A program made the translations under genes and the position numbers. From Callorhinchus milii (lineage: Eukaryota), in the NCBI RefSeq assembly GCF_018977255.1, contig NW_024704743.1:92072001-92136000 (forward strand): DNA of 64,000 nucleotides, written 5' to 3'. Of the stretch, positions 1 to 13,041 are shown piece after piece; within the stretch, counting starts at the first letter, position 1; every line of letters begins with the position of its first letter. The notes under the pieces are model-generated. The model did no database searches. It was not told where the DNA came from and saw only the letters and a list, made by a program, of their open reading frames with translations.

Positions 1-2914
1 TGCATCTTTACCAGAGAAATTGGTTCCTCCATATAAGAACAATGCAAATATACTCTTGCTAAGTGTTGCCAGCATGAAAGATATACTAGTAATTATTTTA
101 ATGCTGCAGATTGGTGAAATTTTGTTTCGTTGACTGCTGTTAATACTTTTATATTACTATGTACTTTGTCTGTAATGGAAATTATTGAACAATTGTAGTA
201 TTATACTTTTAAGTGAAGTTTTGTTAATGATTATACTTTGTAACTTTTATAACTTTCTAGGAATGAATGGTATCTGTCTTATCCCTGTCTAATGTCATTG
301 ATCTGCCTTATACTATTACGTGGATTATATTGATAAGTTTGTAACATTTCCCTTCCTTAGTTGGTTAGGTATGTCAATGCGGAAAAATTATGTCACCAAA
401 TAGTTCATATCTTGGGTGAGAAATACAACAAAGCAACAGTATTAATGATCAATAAGGCCTTGTGTTAAAAATTTGTAGGAAATTGAAGACAAAGCTACCT
501 TTCCTTATGAAAATCCATGTTTTTCCAAAATGCAGGTCAGGATGAGCTCAGGGGTACAAGTAATGTAATGAAATTATTTTGTGGGATGAAAGTAAAATCA
601 AGGAAATAATACTTGTGAGGTAAGTTGGATGGTTAAAATTGAAGGAAGGCTCAAACAACCAAATGGGTATAGATATAGTTGTTACAGCTGCTGCTCTTCA
701 GAACAGACCCAGGAAAGAAGAATAAGAAAGAGCTAGCAAATAAAGAAGGAAAGAAACAAAGAAAAAATTTTTTTTTAAGAAACTCCTGTAACTATTAATT
801 CGTTTTTCCGATTGGTAACCATATCTTTGTGTATCATGCGCATTGCTATATAACGGTTTCTTAAACGTAACGTTCTCTCTCTGTGAACTTGATTATCTCA
901 GTGTCTGAATAATTAAAATATAGTGACGAGTTAACACCAGAACTGAGCAAGCCGTCTTTTCAGTCTTTGCTTGTGCTTTGATTTGCATACTTTTTTTCGC
1001 CTCTCTGTTTATTTTCCTTCCCTGATCAGGGGAAAAAGTTGAATTGTCATTGGATATGTCTAAAAATGACTTTTTCTATTAAAGGTTACTTTTGAGATGC
1101 TTACAATTCAGCACATTAGTGATCTTAAAATGATTTTACCATAATTATTCCAAAGTGCTCCAAATTGTCAAATTACACTACACTTCTATAACTGCTATGA
1201 TGGGTTTTCAAGTATAATTGTACTGTGTCATTACACTCTATGAGAATATAATCCTCGATTACATTTAAAACTAGTCCACCTCCAGTTGGTACCTTCTTTT
1301 TAAAGGCTTCTTTCTTTGATTGTGCTTCCTTTTATGTAATTAAAAAACAAAATGTTTGCATTTTTGGACATGCTTGCTTACCCAAACCATTAGTCAGACT
1401 GTGTTCTCTGTATTAATATGTGACAATACAAATCAGTATCATGCCCAGAGACCTTAAAGAAGCTAAATTATGAATGATGAAATTGGGGCTATATGATATT
1501 ATTTTTGTGCACTTGCTTTGGTTTGATGGCTGAAACCATCCAGTGTTTATTGCAATAATTATAATCATCCTGGCAGTTGATATAATGCCTTATTGAAATG
1601 TCTGAAAGAGCTTCACAGGATCTACTGTACAATATGTTGGCTGTGCATTTTATAGGCAAACATGCACACAACATATCTCACAAACAGTCATGAAGAAAGT
1701 GACCAATTTTATTTGGGTGGGGAGGATTGTTGACGAGGACACCAGGGGAAACTTCCTTCTCCTTTCTATTTAGGGCAGTTGGATATTTAACATCTACCTG
1801 ACCAACCATTAAAATTTGCACTGTAGTGTTATCACATTGGCTAGGATACAAGAAGCAAAATAATTGCACACCTCACAAAATCCAAGATTGGTCTGGATGC
1901 AATCACAAATTACTCCATGCACAATTACCAGCTGCATAAAACTCTGCATGCGCAATGTAGATTTTTGATTAAATCAGATTTTTTTAGAATGTACTGCTTG
2001 CCTGCAAGTTGGAATTCACGTGAATCATATTAAATGTTATGATCCGTACTTATGTGACTTATATGAGTTTTATTGTACTTCCATTACATCTTTATAAAGG
2101 ACGTTCATTATATTTCTTCTATCATATCTGCAAGAACATTGGGAAGTTCATGAGACATTTTGTCCCTCAGCTGTACAAATCAGCCGTGATTTCAGAAATG
2201 GTCTTGGATTGACTAATGCCCACGCTTCCTCTGCGGTAGTTTGGAAGATGAAAGTTACAGTCACCTTCACTGGCACAGTCCCCAGTGTAATTTGTTTGAG
2301 CATATCACGCCAAATCCTCTTTTAACTCATCACATCAGTCGTATAGCATTTGCTTATTAAATATAAATCTCTGAAAACAGCGTGTATCAGACTAATCAAT
2401 AAAACTAATGTGACATCTATAAATTCTGATGGATTCATCTCATTCTATAGTTCTGACATGTTCATAACACCAATAGTCATAAGTTGTTTCAAATTGGCAA
2501 AATGACAAAAGTGGCAGCTATTTGATACACCATCCAATTGTTTGTTGCTCTGGAAGGTACAATTCTGAAAAGCCAACAAAGGAGGAGGTAACTCCAACTC
2601 AAAGTTTCTCCGAGTCGCTCCCTCCCTCATCTCGTTCAAGGTCCAACTCAAAACCTACAAACACTCTTTCAGTCATCTTTCCTCTCCTCACCACACTCAG
2701 CTCCCAGTTTGAATGCCCAGCCAGTACCGTTGAGCAGTGAGGTGGGTATTTTTGAGGAATGAGATCTGCAAGAACATTGGGAAGTTCATGAGACATTGGG
2801 CCTTCTTCATCCAAACCGAACTTGTGATCCTGTGATTGCATTTTAAGCACTGCCACTAATGGCTAGTCCGCGTATTATAATCTATATATTATAGTATTAT
2901 AGTTGAATAGGTGC

Positions 2915-3254
2915 TCCCTACCTATCTGACTTGCTTACCCCCCCCCACTCCACCACCCACTGCCTACGCTCAGCCGGCTCTGGCTTCCTGCTTGTCCATC
3001 GTTCCCTCTGCTCCACCATTGGTGGCCGTGCCTTCACCCACTACTTTACAAAACTCGGGAACACCCTCAATCCCTCCGCCGGGCCCCCTCCCTCCCAACT
3101 TTCAAATCTAGCTCAAAGTCCTATCTTTTTGATTGTGCTTATGGTCACTTCCTCCATCCATCTCCCCCTGGCTCGGCATCAGACTCCATCACTGTCAAGC
3201 ACTCCGGGTTGCCACCTGGTGTGAAGGGCACTATATTACAGCAAGTTGTTGTTG
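2915..3254 (+). mobile_element. L2 LINE 3' tail fragment (similar + strand tails at ~6595-6845, 9805-10083, 12340-12690, 13375-13630, 33270-33655)
   Basis: Shared CTCTGGAAC..CCCTCAATCCCTC..GCACTATAT..AAGTTGTTGTTG tail sequence. Confidence 0.8.
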
Positions 3255-3289
3255 TATTTCAGCAGATTCATTGCTAAAACAGTACATAA

Positions 3290-3660
3290 GATTGGTTTAG
3301 ATCCTAAAATATTGATCGGGGTTTCTTTTACAATTCCATTTAAAATGTTATACGCCTCCATGAGATCCCCTCTGAATTCTCTTCTCTCAACACTAAAGAG
3401 CCCTAACTTATATAATCGTTTCTCGTAGCTGATTTCTCTAACACTGGGGATCATTCTCATTGCTCTCCTCTGTACTGCCTCTTGTCTTGAGCAGCCAGTC
3501 CCCTTGTGTTATGGTAACCAGAACTGTATGCAATATTCAAAAAAGGGTGTCAAGAGCACCATACAGCCTGAGAATGACATCTGGGGAATTAAATTAAATG
3601 CAGTAATGTAGCCCAGCATCCTGTTTACCTTGTTTATCGTTACCTCGCAGTATTTTGACA
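3290..3660 (-). mobile_element. CR1 LINE 3' fragment (other decayed CR1 pieces at ~11625-11860, 16070-16230, 19460-19680, 57890-58540, 62250-62490)
   Basis: SYEKRLYKLGLFSVERREFRGDLMEAYNIL. Confidence 0.8.
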
Positions 3661-5894
3661 AAGAGTAACAAGAAACACTGCGACACAGACATTAACTAAC
3701 ACCAGAGCCACTCCAAGCAACACTTAGGGAGTACCATAATTTTATCCCACAGAGTCATAGGACTAAAATACAAAGAATTCCGTAACCAATTCAATGTAAT
3801 AATTATCCCTTACTGCAGAATAAACTATTGACACTCAATCTTATATGGTTTAATTATCACTGGTGATAATTATCAAATCAAAACATTTGCAAAACACTGC
3901 ACATTTTACTCCTTAGAAAAAAGGCATTCAGCTCATCAAATTTGTGTAGTTGTTTTTCTCCAAATGAGAAATCTGGTATAATCCTCCTCTCCTGCTAGTT
4001 GTCCCATACCCTCTAATGTTTGCCCATTTTGGTAACTGTAATTTACAGTATATCCTGTGAAGTGCTTTGGAATGTCATCCCAACGTGAAAGACGCTATAG
4101 CAAATGTAAAGGTTAGTATACTTTTGTCAAGCATCTAGGTTGAAGTGTAAGCATTTTTTAGCACTGATTTCGTTTTCAGCAGCGCTAATTGAATTGAGAA
4201 AGGATTCTTGAACAAAACAGCAGGAAAAGTTTCAGAAATAATAATAACCCTTTAATTTGATATAGTGCCTTATCATGTCTTCAAGACATCGCAAAGTACT
4301 TCACAGAATATACTGTAAAGTGTAGACTGTATATTTTGTCGGCGAAACATGGCAGCCAATTGCACACAGCAGTGTCCCAGAAACAGTCGCGGATTAAGTG
4401 ACCAAACTATTTTTTTAAGGGATTATTGCCTATGGAAAGTGATCCACCAATCGACTAACAACTGCGTTCCTACTTACTGCTAGATAAACAGTAAGTAAAA
4501 TACATGAAGCTAAATACTGAAAGCCCAAAGCAGGTGTTTTCTGTTCAGCAGCCAATACATGCTCCAAAGCCCATGCATGCTTTGTACTGACTATTTCTCT
4601 CTGAAACTCATTAAAATCGATCCGACCCTTTGCCCATTCAAGAGTGTTCCCTCAATTGCTTTCCTCCCACAACGTTCAGAATTTCAATTGCTGGAAAAGC
4701 ATTAAGATCCTCTATGAATTCATTTCCCAATTTCTCATCAGAGCAGTGTGTCATTGTCGGCTTCTACAATATTATTGACCAATAAAGAAATTTATGACTA
4801 AGGCCAGGACACTTGGGAACAAAAAGAAAGGTTTCCCAGCAACCAGATTGAAGTCAGATAACCTTGGAATATTCACTAAACTATTTACGATAGTTCCCAT
4901 AACAAACTCTTCACATTTGTTTTTCTAAAATGATTAGAATTTAATAACTGTTGCTATGTCATATTTAATAATCCTTGCATTTGATATAGTGACTTATCAC
5001 ATCTTCCAGACATCTCAAAGCACTTCACAGTATATACTGTAAAGTGAATTAACTGTATATTTTGTGGGCAAAACAATTTTTAATAACTCGGTTTGAGATT
5101 TCTATATCTAAGCTATGCAATGCCCTTTTTATTCCAGTTCTTTTCTAAATTCTATCTATGGCTATGCCATTTTCAGTTCAGTGAGGCATTAATCCCATGT
5201 GATCCACATAACAGTGGGAATCCAAGGTGTACCTTGTGTTAGTATTGTATAGGTGGTTAAAGCAGATATATCGAAGGACTTGTCTTGTCCATGTTAATTT
5301 ATTTCTAAATCAGAGTTTTAACAATTTAATTCTGAAAGGAAAATGGTTGGTGCAACACTTGTCCTTTCCCTACTAGGACTTCACTTTGAAATCAGCCTAG
5401 GCTAATGGGATGAAGGTTCTCTGTCTCTTTCTCTCTCTGTGTTTGATGCACTGATCTGTGCTGTAGACCTCATGGTGCGGGCTTATTTTGTACAGTTCAC
5501 ACCTGTCCAGGTCACCTGTTGCACACCACAAAGAGGTTAGGTTCCCTGCCTGAAGCATTCATCTGAAACTACACTACAGAGCTCCTCTGACAGCTGCTCT
5601 TTGCCAGCGGAGGTGACATTTCTGCACAGGCCTGCAAGAAGTGATAGAAGCTCCTTCGCATAAATACATTGTAAGCTTCACTGGTTAAGCTGGCAAAAAT
5701 GATTTAATCTAGATAAGCACAAACCTGTCACTTATTAAATATAGGAGTCAATTTCACTGGATCATTATGCAAATGAAGTTATTCATTTCCCCACACAGGG
5801 ATTGACTGTTAAACGCAGTTGATTAATCCTGCAAGATTAGTTACAATTGTCAGTTTTTCTATACTAATAAAAATTATTACTTCTGGATCCGCCT

Positions 5895-6305
5895 ATGGTG
5901 GGGCAGTCCGGGGGACATGGAGCGGGCCGGAGCCTGCTGAGCAGAGGGAGCAGACAGGTTGATATGGGGTCATTGAGTCGCTGAGGTAGGGAAAAGCAAG
6001 GCTGTGGAGGGCCTTGAAGGCGAGGACGAGGATTTTGAACTCTATCCTCTGGGGGATTGGGAGCCAGTGGAGCTGGGCAAATGTGAGGGTGATAGGGTCA
6101 TGGAATCTGGTGCAGGAGAGGACATGAGCTGCAGAGTTCTGGATGATCTGCAGCTTGTGGAGGGAAGAGTTAGAAAGGCTGACAAGCAGGGAGTTGGCAT
6201 AGTTGAGCCTAGATGTAATAAATGCATGGATGAGGGTTTGGCGGCCTGAGGGGTGAGGCGGTGGCAGAGCCGGGCGATGTTGTGGAAGTGGCAAAAGGCA
6301 GAGTG
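5895..6305 (-). mobile_element. L2 LINE fragment
   Basis: LIHAFITSRLNYANSLL..LHWLPIPQRIEFKIL. Confidence 0.9.
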
Positions 6306-6327
6306 GGTTAGGGTTAGGGTTAGGGTT
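6305..6327 (+). repeat. Short interstitial telomeric repeat GGG(TTAGGG)3TT
   Basis: Read directly from the sequence. Confidence 0.85.
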
Positions 6328-6999
6328 TTGTGTCATGGCATGGATAAAACATCAAAAAGTTATATAAATTTCATGTTATGCCCATTTTAGACCTATTTCT
6401 CCTCTCTTTTAAATTGCTCAGTGTAACCTGTCATTCAGCAGTTTGGAGGGCAAGACGGTTCAATATAACTCTTCTCCATATTTGCTCTATGATCCGTGGG
6501 CAGGAGGATGACATTCTTAAAGCAAAATGAAAGAAACTTTGAAAATTCTCATATCACACCCCATTCCTCTACGCGCCACCTTCACTCAGCTGTCACAGGT
6601 CTTCTGCACGTCTCTTGACCGCAATTGGCGACTGTGCTTTTAGCCACTATGCCCCAAATATCTGAACTTTCCTACGTCAATCCCTCCATTTGCCCCATCT
6701 TTGTCCATCTTTAAATCATACCAGAAGATTTTCCTCTTCAATCATGTCTTCAATTACTCCTCCTCCCTTTCCGGCCCAGCAGCAAGCCACGCCACCGAGA
6801 CGCTACACATGTGAAGGGTGCTGTATAAATGTAAGTTGTTGTTATTAAAAACAAAAATTAACAAGTTTGTAAGCCAGCTTATATCATGTAGCAAATGTAT
6901 TGGGATGACATCCGCATTGTTTTGTAATATATTCAATATGATAATTATGACAATGCAAATTCCAAGCCATTTCTAAGGTATGGCCACATAATGATCCCC

Positions 7000-7127
7000 C
7001 CACCCCCCACCACACGCTCACACACAGGCACATATAGACACACATCCACCCACACACACACCCAAACACACATACCCACACACACCTAAGCAGATCTGCC
7101 TAACCCAACCCACACACACACACACAG
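7000..7127 (+). repeat. Degenerate (CA)n microsatellite region
   Basis: Read directly. Other simple repeats: (GTT)n 23250-23274, (CT)n ~41045-41070, (TA)n ~63949-63972. Confidence 0.8.
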
Positions 7128-7824
7128 GTCCACTGACTTATGTACGTTGAATGATTCTTATTCAATTTTTAAAAATCACCATGGGGGTGTGTTGCAAGGA
7201 GTTTGACTTCAGATCCTGGAGGCAGTATTTGAACAATGCTTCTTGAGATATTAACTGAATTATGAATGTGAGTGTTGACAAGCCAATCGACTGTAGAGAG
7301 TGTCATAGCTAAGCCTGACCCAAAGAGAGGCCCAGGGCCAATTTAGCTTTCCCGTACAATCCCGGCTGAGACCAGCAAATTCAGCACAGCCCTCCTGTCT
7401 GTGGATTCCAACCAGTGAGCTTCTGGTTGATAAACTGCAGTCTATCCATTATAATCACCCACAAAACACAGTCACTCCAATTTATCATGTAAAATACTTT
7501 GAGATGGCCTCCCAATATGAAAGGCAATGTATCAAATTTAAGGATTATTATTTGTATTGTTTTATAACATCACCAAGCTTTTTTTCTTCACTGTTTACAA
7601 AACTGTGGATTTCTGGTGCAGAAAATAGTTAATAGCCACAAATCTACTTTCTTTTATAAATGCAAATGGAATGTTGTGAAAACCACCACTTATATTTCTT
7701 GCCCATCCACTGGTGACAGTAAAGTTCCAGCTGTTGTTAGATGCGGTAATAAACTGACAGACATGGACAACAAAGTAATTGTAACCTTCATATTTTTGCT
7801 AAAGGCAACACATCCTTCCAAAAC

Positions 7825-8086
7825 AAAAAACAATAATAAATTGGTCATTTTCAATCTACGACTGTTTGTGGGACATTGCTGTGCGCAATTGGCTGCCGCG
7901 TTCGCCCACAAATATACAGTCAATTCGCTTTGCAGTTTGTTCTGTGAAGCGCTTTGGGATGTCCTCCCGACGTGAAAAGCGCTATATCAAATGCAAGGAT
8001 TATTATTATTATTATTCTGTGAAGCGCTTTGAGACATCTAGAAGACGTGAAAAGCGCTATATCAAATGCAAGGATTATTATTATTA
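7825..8086 (+). mobile_element. Head-less SINE copy with tandemly doubled tail (other partial copies at ~4239, 4965, 10160, 13858, 14401, 19011, 47468, 58110)
   Basis: Two consecutive CTGTGAAGCGCTTTG..CGTGAAAAGCGCTATATCAAATGCAAGGATTATTATT tails. Confidence 0.85.
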
Positions 8087-10654
8087 TATGATGAAAGAAC
8101 CATCCTCTTATTATTTGCTTCAGGCACTGATGGGTATCCTGCAACTTTATACTAAACAACAAAGAAAATGTAACATTGATTTAGGCTTAGCATTGACTTC
8201 ACAAGTACCAAGCAAGTTTTTGTTTTTCTCAAAAGGAAGCAGACTCAAAGGACTTCTGGCTGCCTTCCACTCGTTTGTCTATTTTCTCAAAGCCTTAGGA
8301 ACTTTGAATGTTTTCCCAGCTACCTCTTGTTTTTGCAAAAATGATTCAAGGTTATAACTTCAGTGACTTACAAAGTGAACGATTTAGATTGGATGGTTTC
8401 CTCTTCTATATATACTGTCTGTTTGGGTAATCTCTGGGAGGACGTATTACTTTGTTGTCCACGTCTGTCAGTTTATCACTGCGTCCAATAGCTGGGACTT
8501 TACCGTCATCAGTGAAATTCGCCAAAGTGTTAGATAAATAGAAACAAAAGATAATAAGGCATTTAATCAATACAATTTATACAATACAATTTACGCATCA
8601 GGAGGAGATGTCAAAGTTCTTTACACTGCTGGCTGGACACCTGAGCTGAGGGTGGGGAAGGAGAAAATAACTGAAGGTGCTGTCAAAAAGTATGTGGTGG
8701 GCATTGAAAGTGAGAGGGGAGTGGGTAAATTGGAGGGATTCAGTATAAACAAGCTGTCCAAGTTCATGGGCTATCCTGGTGAAATATCTTGAAATCAATT
8801 TATACATTGCACGCTATACTGCTACTTTAAAGTAATATTGCTTCAAAGTATTTGGTATTATATCAGAAACATAAAAAAATGCTCAAAGTGATTTTAGGAC
8901 AATGATGTCAAATGGTAATTTGTCATGCCCTCTACCGACGCACACAAGAAGTACCATCATTGGAATAGGAGCTCCATAGAAACAGCACAAGGCTTTGGAA
9001 AGAGCTGATCTTCTGCCAACCGCAGTGACGACAGACACAATTTTGCCAAGGTATGTAGCAATCTTATTGAAAAATGAGTCAGACTGGAAGTGAGCGAGGA
9101 ATAGATACATCATGGGATTTTGTTATTTAATGCACCATTAAAATGTAGTTATAGTTGCACGAACAGTTGACTAATGGTCAATTAACTAAATAATCTCTGC
9201 ACCACAGCTGACCTGAAATGCCTTATGGTATTATCAAATGAAATATGGTCCCATCCCTCCACTATCAATCCTCACCACATTTGCTTTATTAGGAAAGTGA
9301 TGCTTGAACATACAGAGAAGAGGGAGGCTAAAATCATTGTTCTTTAGAAGGCTCTTAGCATTAAAAAGGCTATAAAGTGCTCTTAATGATTCCACTAAAT
9401 GATTGTGTCACACAGGCTCCTGCTCCATGAGCAGCAGGAGCAATCTGCTCTGAAAACTGTGCCATGCATTCAATGTGGGTTGAAAAATTGCTTAAACGGC
9501 ATAACCACCCGAAAAAGTGATTGCCATGTAAACTGTTGTCTGTAGGGAAACCCCTACAGCGGGGGTCAATTCGCTTAGACTCCAGCAGTACCCCAACTTC
9601 AACGTGCACTCTGGGGTTCCCGAGCCTTGGCTGTTGCCAACCTGCGCCTAATACTTTCCGAATTAGGTAAGCAAGATGCATCCCTCCAGGAAGAGAGTGC
9701 GTATTCCATTCCAATAATCTATCTCTGGGATTTCCATGGGTAGATGAGATGCATGGAACTCTCAGCTTGTTTTGGATACTCTTAAGCACAGAGGTGGTGC
9801 CACTCGACTGCCACCGGCCTCCTGCTTGTCCCTCGCACCCTCCGCCCCACCATTGGAGGTCGCGCTAACAGCCATTACACCTCGAATCTCTGGAACACTC
9901 TCCCTCAATCCCCTGTCTTGCCCCTTCTCTCCCCTTTTTCAAGTCCCATCTGAGGTGGGACTTACGGCTTACGGCCACCTCCTCCACCCCATTTCCCCCA
10001 ACTCGGAGTCAGGCTCCGACACTGTTAAATGACACTACCCTGCATGGAGGGTGCTATATAAATAGAAGTTGTTGTTGTTGTTGATGGGTTTCCGCATGTG
10101 TCATGAAACCTGGCTGACCAAACAAAAAAAAGGGAAACTTCTGGACTTCATTACAACTGAATAATAATCCTTGCATTTGATATTATTATAATAATATTGC
10201 CTTATGATGTTATTGAGATGCCTCAAAGTGCTTTACAGAATATTTGGGGAAAATGGATTGACCACGTATTTTGTAGGTGAAACGTTGCAGCCAAGACTTT
10301 GCAAGACCTCAGCTCCGACTCCATATCTCCTCTGAGCTGAGATCTCACGAGCCAGAGAGACAAAATAAACAGGGCATTCCCTGTAAGCTCAGGAAACGAG
10401 ATACAATACTTTTTCCAGCAGTTAACCCAACTTGAGTGTTTATTCAGCTCCCACGGCCAGTCATCAGAGCATATTTGTGCTACGGCACATGCTAGCTTTG
10501 CTGCAGCGATGTCCTTTACAGAGCAGGATTCATAGGCTTTATCTTGGCTTTTATTAAAGCAAAACCTATAAACAGAAGATTCCAGAAATTATATCATCAT
10601 GCCAAACCTCTGCTTTCTATGTATAAATAATCTTTTGAAGACATTTTACAAAAA

Positions 10655-11105
10655 TAATAATAATATTCCTTAAATTTGAAATAGTGCCTTTCATGTTGGA
10701 AGGACATCTTAATCTACTTCACAGAATTTACTGTGAAGTCTTCCCAATGTAAAAGGTGCTGTAGCAAATTTACAGTGAAGCGTAGTGACTGTGTATTTTA
10801 TATGTGAATGCAGCAGCTATTGTCTGCACAGCAAATTTTTCACTAACAGTCATAAAGTGAAAAATCGATTTTATTTGGAAGATCGTTGCTCAGAACACTG
10901 GGAGTAACTCCCTTCTTGAATAACATCTAGCCAGGCAGACAGAATATCAGTTTAACATCTCATCTGGAAGATGGCACCTTCAGCAAAGTAACACTCTCCT
11001 GGCACTGTACTATAGTGTCAAAATGGCTGTGAGTTCAAAGCCCCGATGTAATTGAACCCACAGCCTAATGCAGAGGCGAGTAATGCTACCAACTGAACCA
11101 GACTA
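10655..11105 (-). mobile_element. Older DeuSINE (SacSINE1-like); related copies at ~11375-11625(+), 17470-17710(+), 18520-18750(-), 19980-20300(-), 25085-25325(-), 63907-64000(+)
   Basis: Deu-domain-like segment (GGTGCCATCTTCCAGATGAGATGTTAAAC) and tRNA head GG[C/T]TCAGTTGGTAGCA. Family assignment is from memory of the consensus. Confidence 0.7.
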
Positions 11106-13041
11106 ACACACCAAAACAACAAAGCAACATAAATGAGCTAGGATAAGTTTCTTTATAGATTTTAAAGGTGTGCATGGATCCACAGCTTTGATTTTATTGT
11201 TGAGGTTTCTTATGGTGAAACAGCTTTCTCCATCTAAGGGAAGTTCTTAAAATGAACTGCGGGAAACCAGCCTAAGAAATAAGACTGAATTTCCGAACAG
11301 TCCAACATTTCAAACTTTGAAATGCTAAAAATATAATGTAAGTTCTGGCCCCAAACCACACGTTAGGTGTGATCCTGCCTCAGTTAAGTAGCACTGCCCC
11401 TGAATCATAAGGTTGCAGTTTCCAGCTGCACCTCAGAATTTTGAGCTCATAGTCCTCTAGGCTGACACTCCAATACAGTGCTGGGGTGCGTTACATTTGC
11501 AGAGGTGGTGCCATTCAGATGAGACATTAAGCCAAGCTTAGGTCTGCCGTCTTAGGTGAATGCCAAAGGTCCCATAACACTATTCAAAAAGAGAGTTTCT
11601 TCTGGTGTTCTGTCCAAAATTCATAAGAACATAAGAAATGCTTGACGATAAAAGACCAAAGTCCATCTAGTCGCCTTCCACCTTCCTGGTGATCGCATGC
11701 ACATACGTCCCAAACTACCTATGTACTATATCACATAATCTTATTTCCTAAAAGAAAACCATCTTATCTGTGTTTGAAAGAAACAACACTTCCTGCTTCA
11801 ACCGTCTGCTTAGGGAGCCTGTTCCACAGGTTCACTATTCGCTCACTGAAATAGTGTTTCAAATTCCCCAAGATAAAATTGGTAATTCCATTCATGGTTG
11901 TTTTTAGAACATTGTGGAATGTGAATCGGGTTATGTGATCACTTACAAATTCACAGTGACCACATCTTATACTATATCCTGTGAAACGCTTAAGAAATTA
12001 TGATAATGTGATAAGGCACTATATGAAATACAAGGATTATTATTATTACACACACACACTAACATGCTTTGTTCAGCACATACACATGCAGTAAAGATCA
12101 TTTTACAATCGGGGTAACACATTGGAAAGTGAATATTCTCAGCAGAACTGCCTGATAGAAACATGAAGCAACATGAATACTTACTTTGCGTTAAGTACAA
12201 CATACTGTGTTATATGCATTTCAAATTTAAGGCTTATTATTATTGTAAAATGTCTTGGAAAGATTATTTATACGTAGAAAGCAGAGGTTTGGCATGATGA
12301 TATAATTTCTTGAATTTTATATCTTAATGATATAATTTCCATTCACTCACTGGCACCTCCCTACCTCTCCAACCTCCTCACTCTCCAATCCACCACCCGG
12401 AGCCTCCGCTCGACTGGCACCGGCCTCCTGCTTGTCCCTCGCATCCTCCGCCCCACCATCAGAGGTCGTGCTTTTAGCCACTATGCTCCAAAACTCTGGA
12501 ACACTCTCCTTCAATCCCTCTGCCTTGCCCCTCCCTCTCCCCTTTAAAGTCCCACCTGAAAACTTTCCTCTTTGACCGTGCTCATGGCCACCTCCCCTCT
12601 CTCCCCAGCTCGGAGTCAGGCTCAGCCACTGTTAAGCGCTCTGAGATGCTACCCTGCATGGAGGGTGATATATAAGTGCAAGATGTTGTTTATATTCACT
12701 CCCATTAAGGCAGAACAGTTGATTGCAATTTGCATTGTCAGTTTTGCCATTAATGTATCTATTCCTAAATTAGGTTATCCAAGCAGACTCCGCTATATTG
12801 TTCTCCTGATTCATCATAGACTTCAGCTGGGAAGACGTCTGTTTCTAAGCAAAGAATTGAAACTTATTTAAATTTGTATCACATCGAGTACAGTAAATGT
12901 CAAATTCATATTGAAATGGTCTCTGCAAATCAGCCACAATTCCCTTGCTGAAAATATCCTTGAAGATCAATCACGTTCCATGCTTCAGAGCTAATCAAAT
13001 TACAATTAGTGTTTTTATCAAATAGTAAGACATTTTCCTTT

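Noticed and set aside
2445..2856. Cluster of 68-85 aa ORFs
   Set aside because: Partly a decayed L2 tail (…SLISFKVQLKT…); no coherent protein.
7940..8090. CRISPR-like repeated units
   Set aside because: Eukaryotic context; these are doubled SINE tails without unique spacers.
8978..9056. Possible + strand exon ending CAAG|GTATGT
   Set aside because: No polypyrimidine tract at the acceptor, unrecognised peptide and no partner exons.
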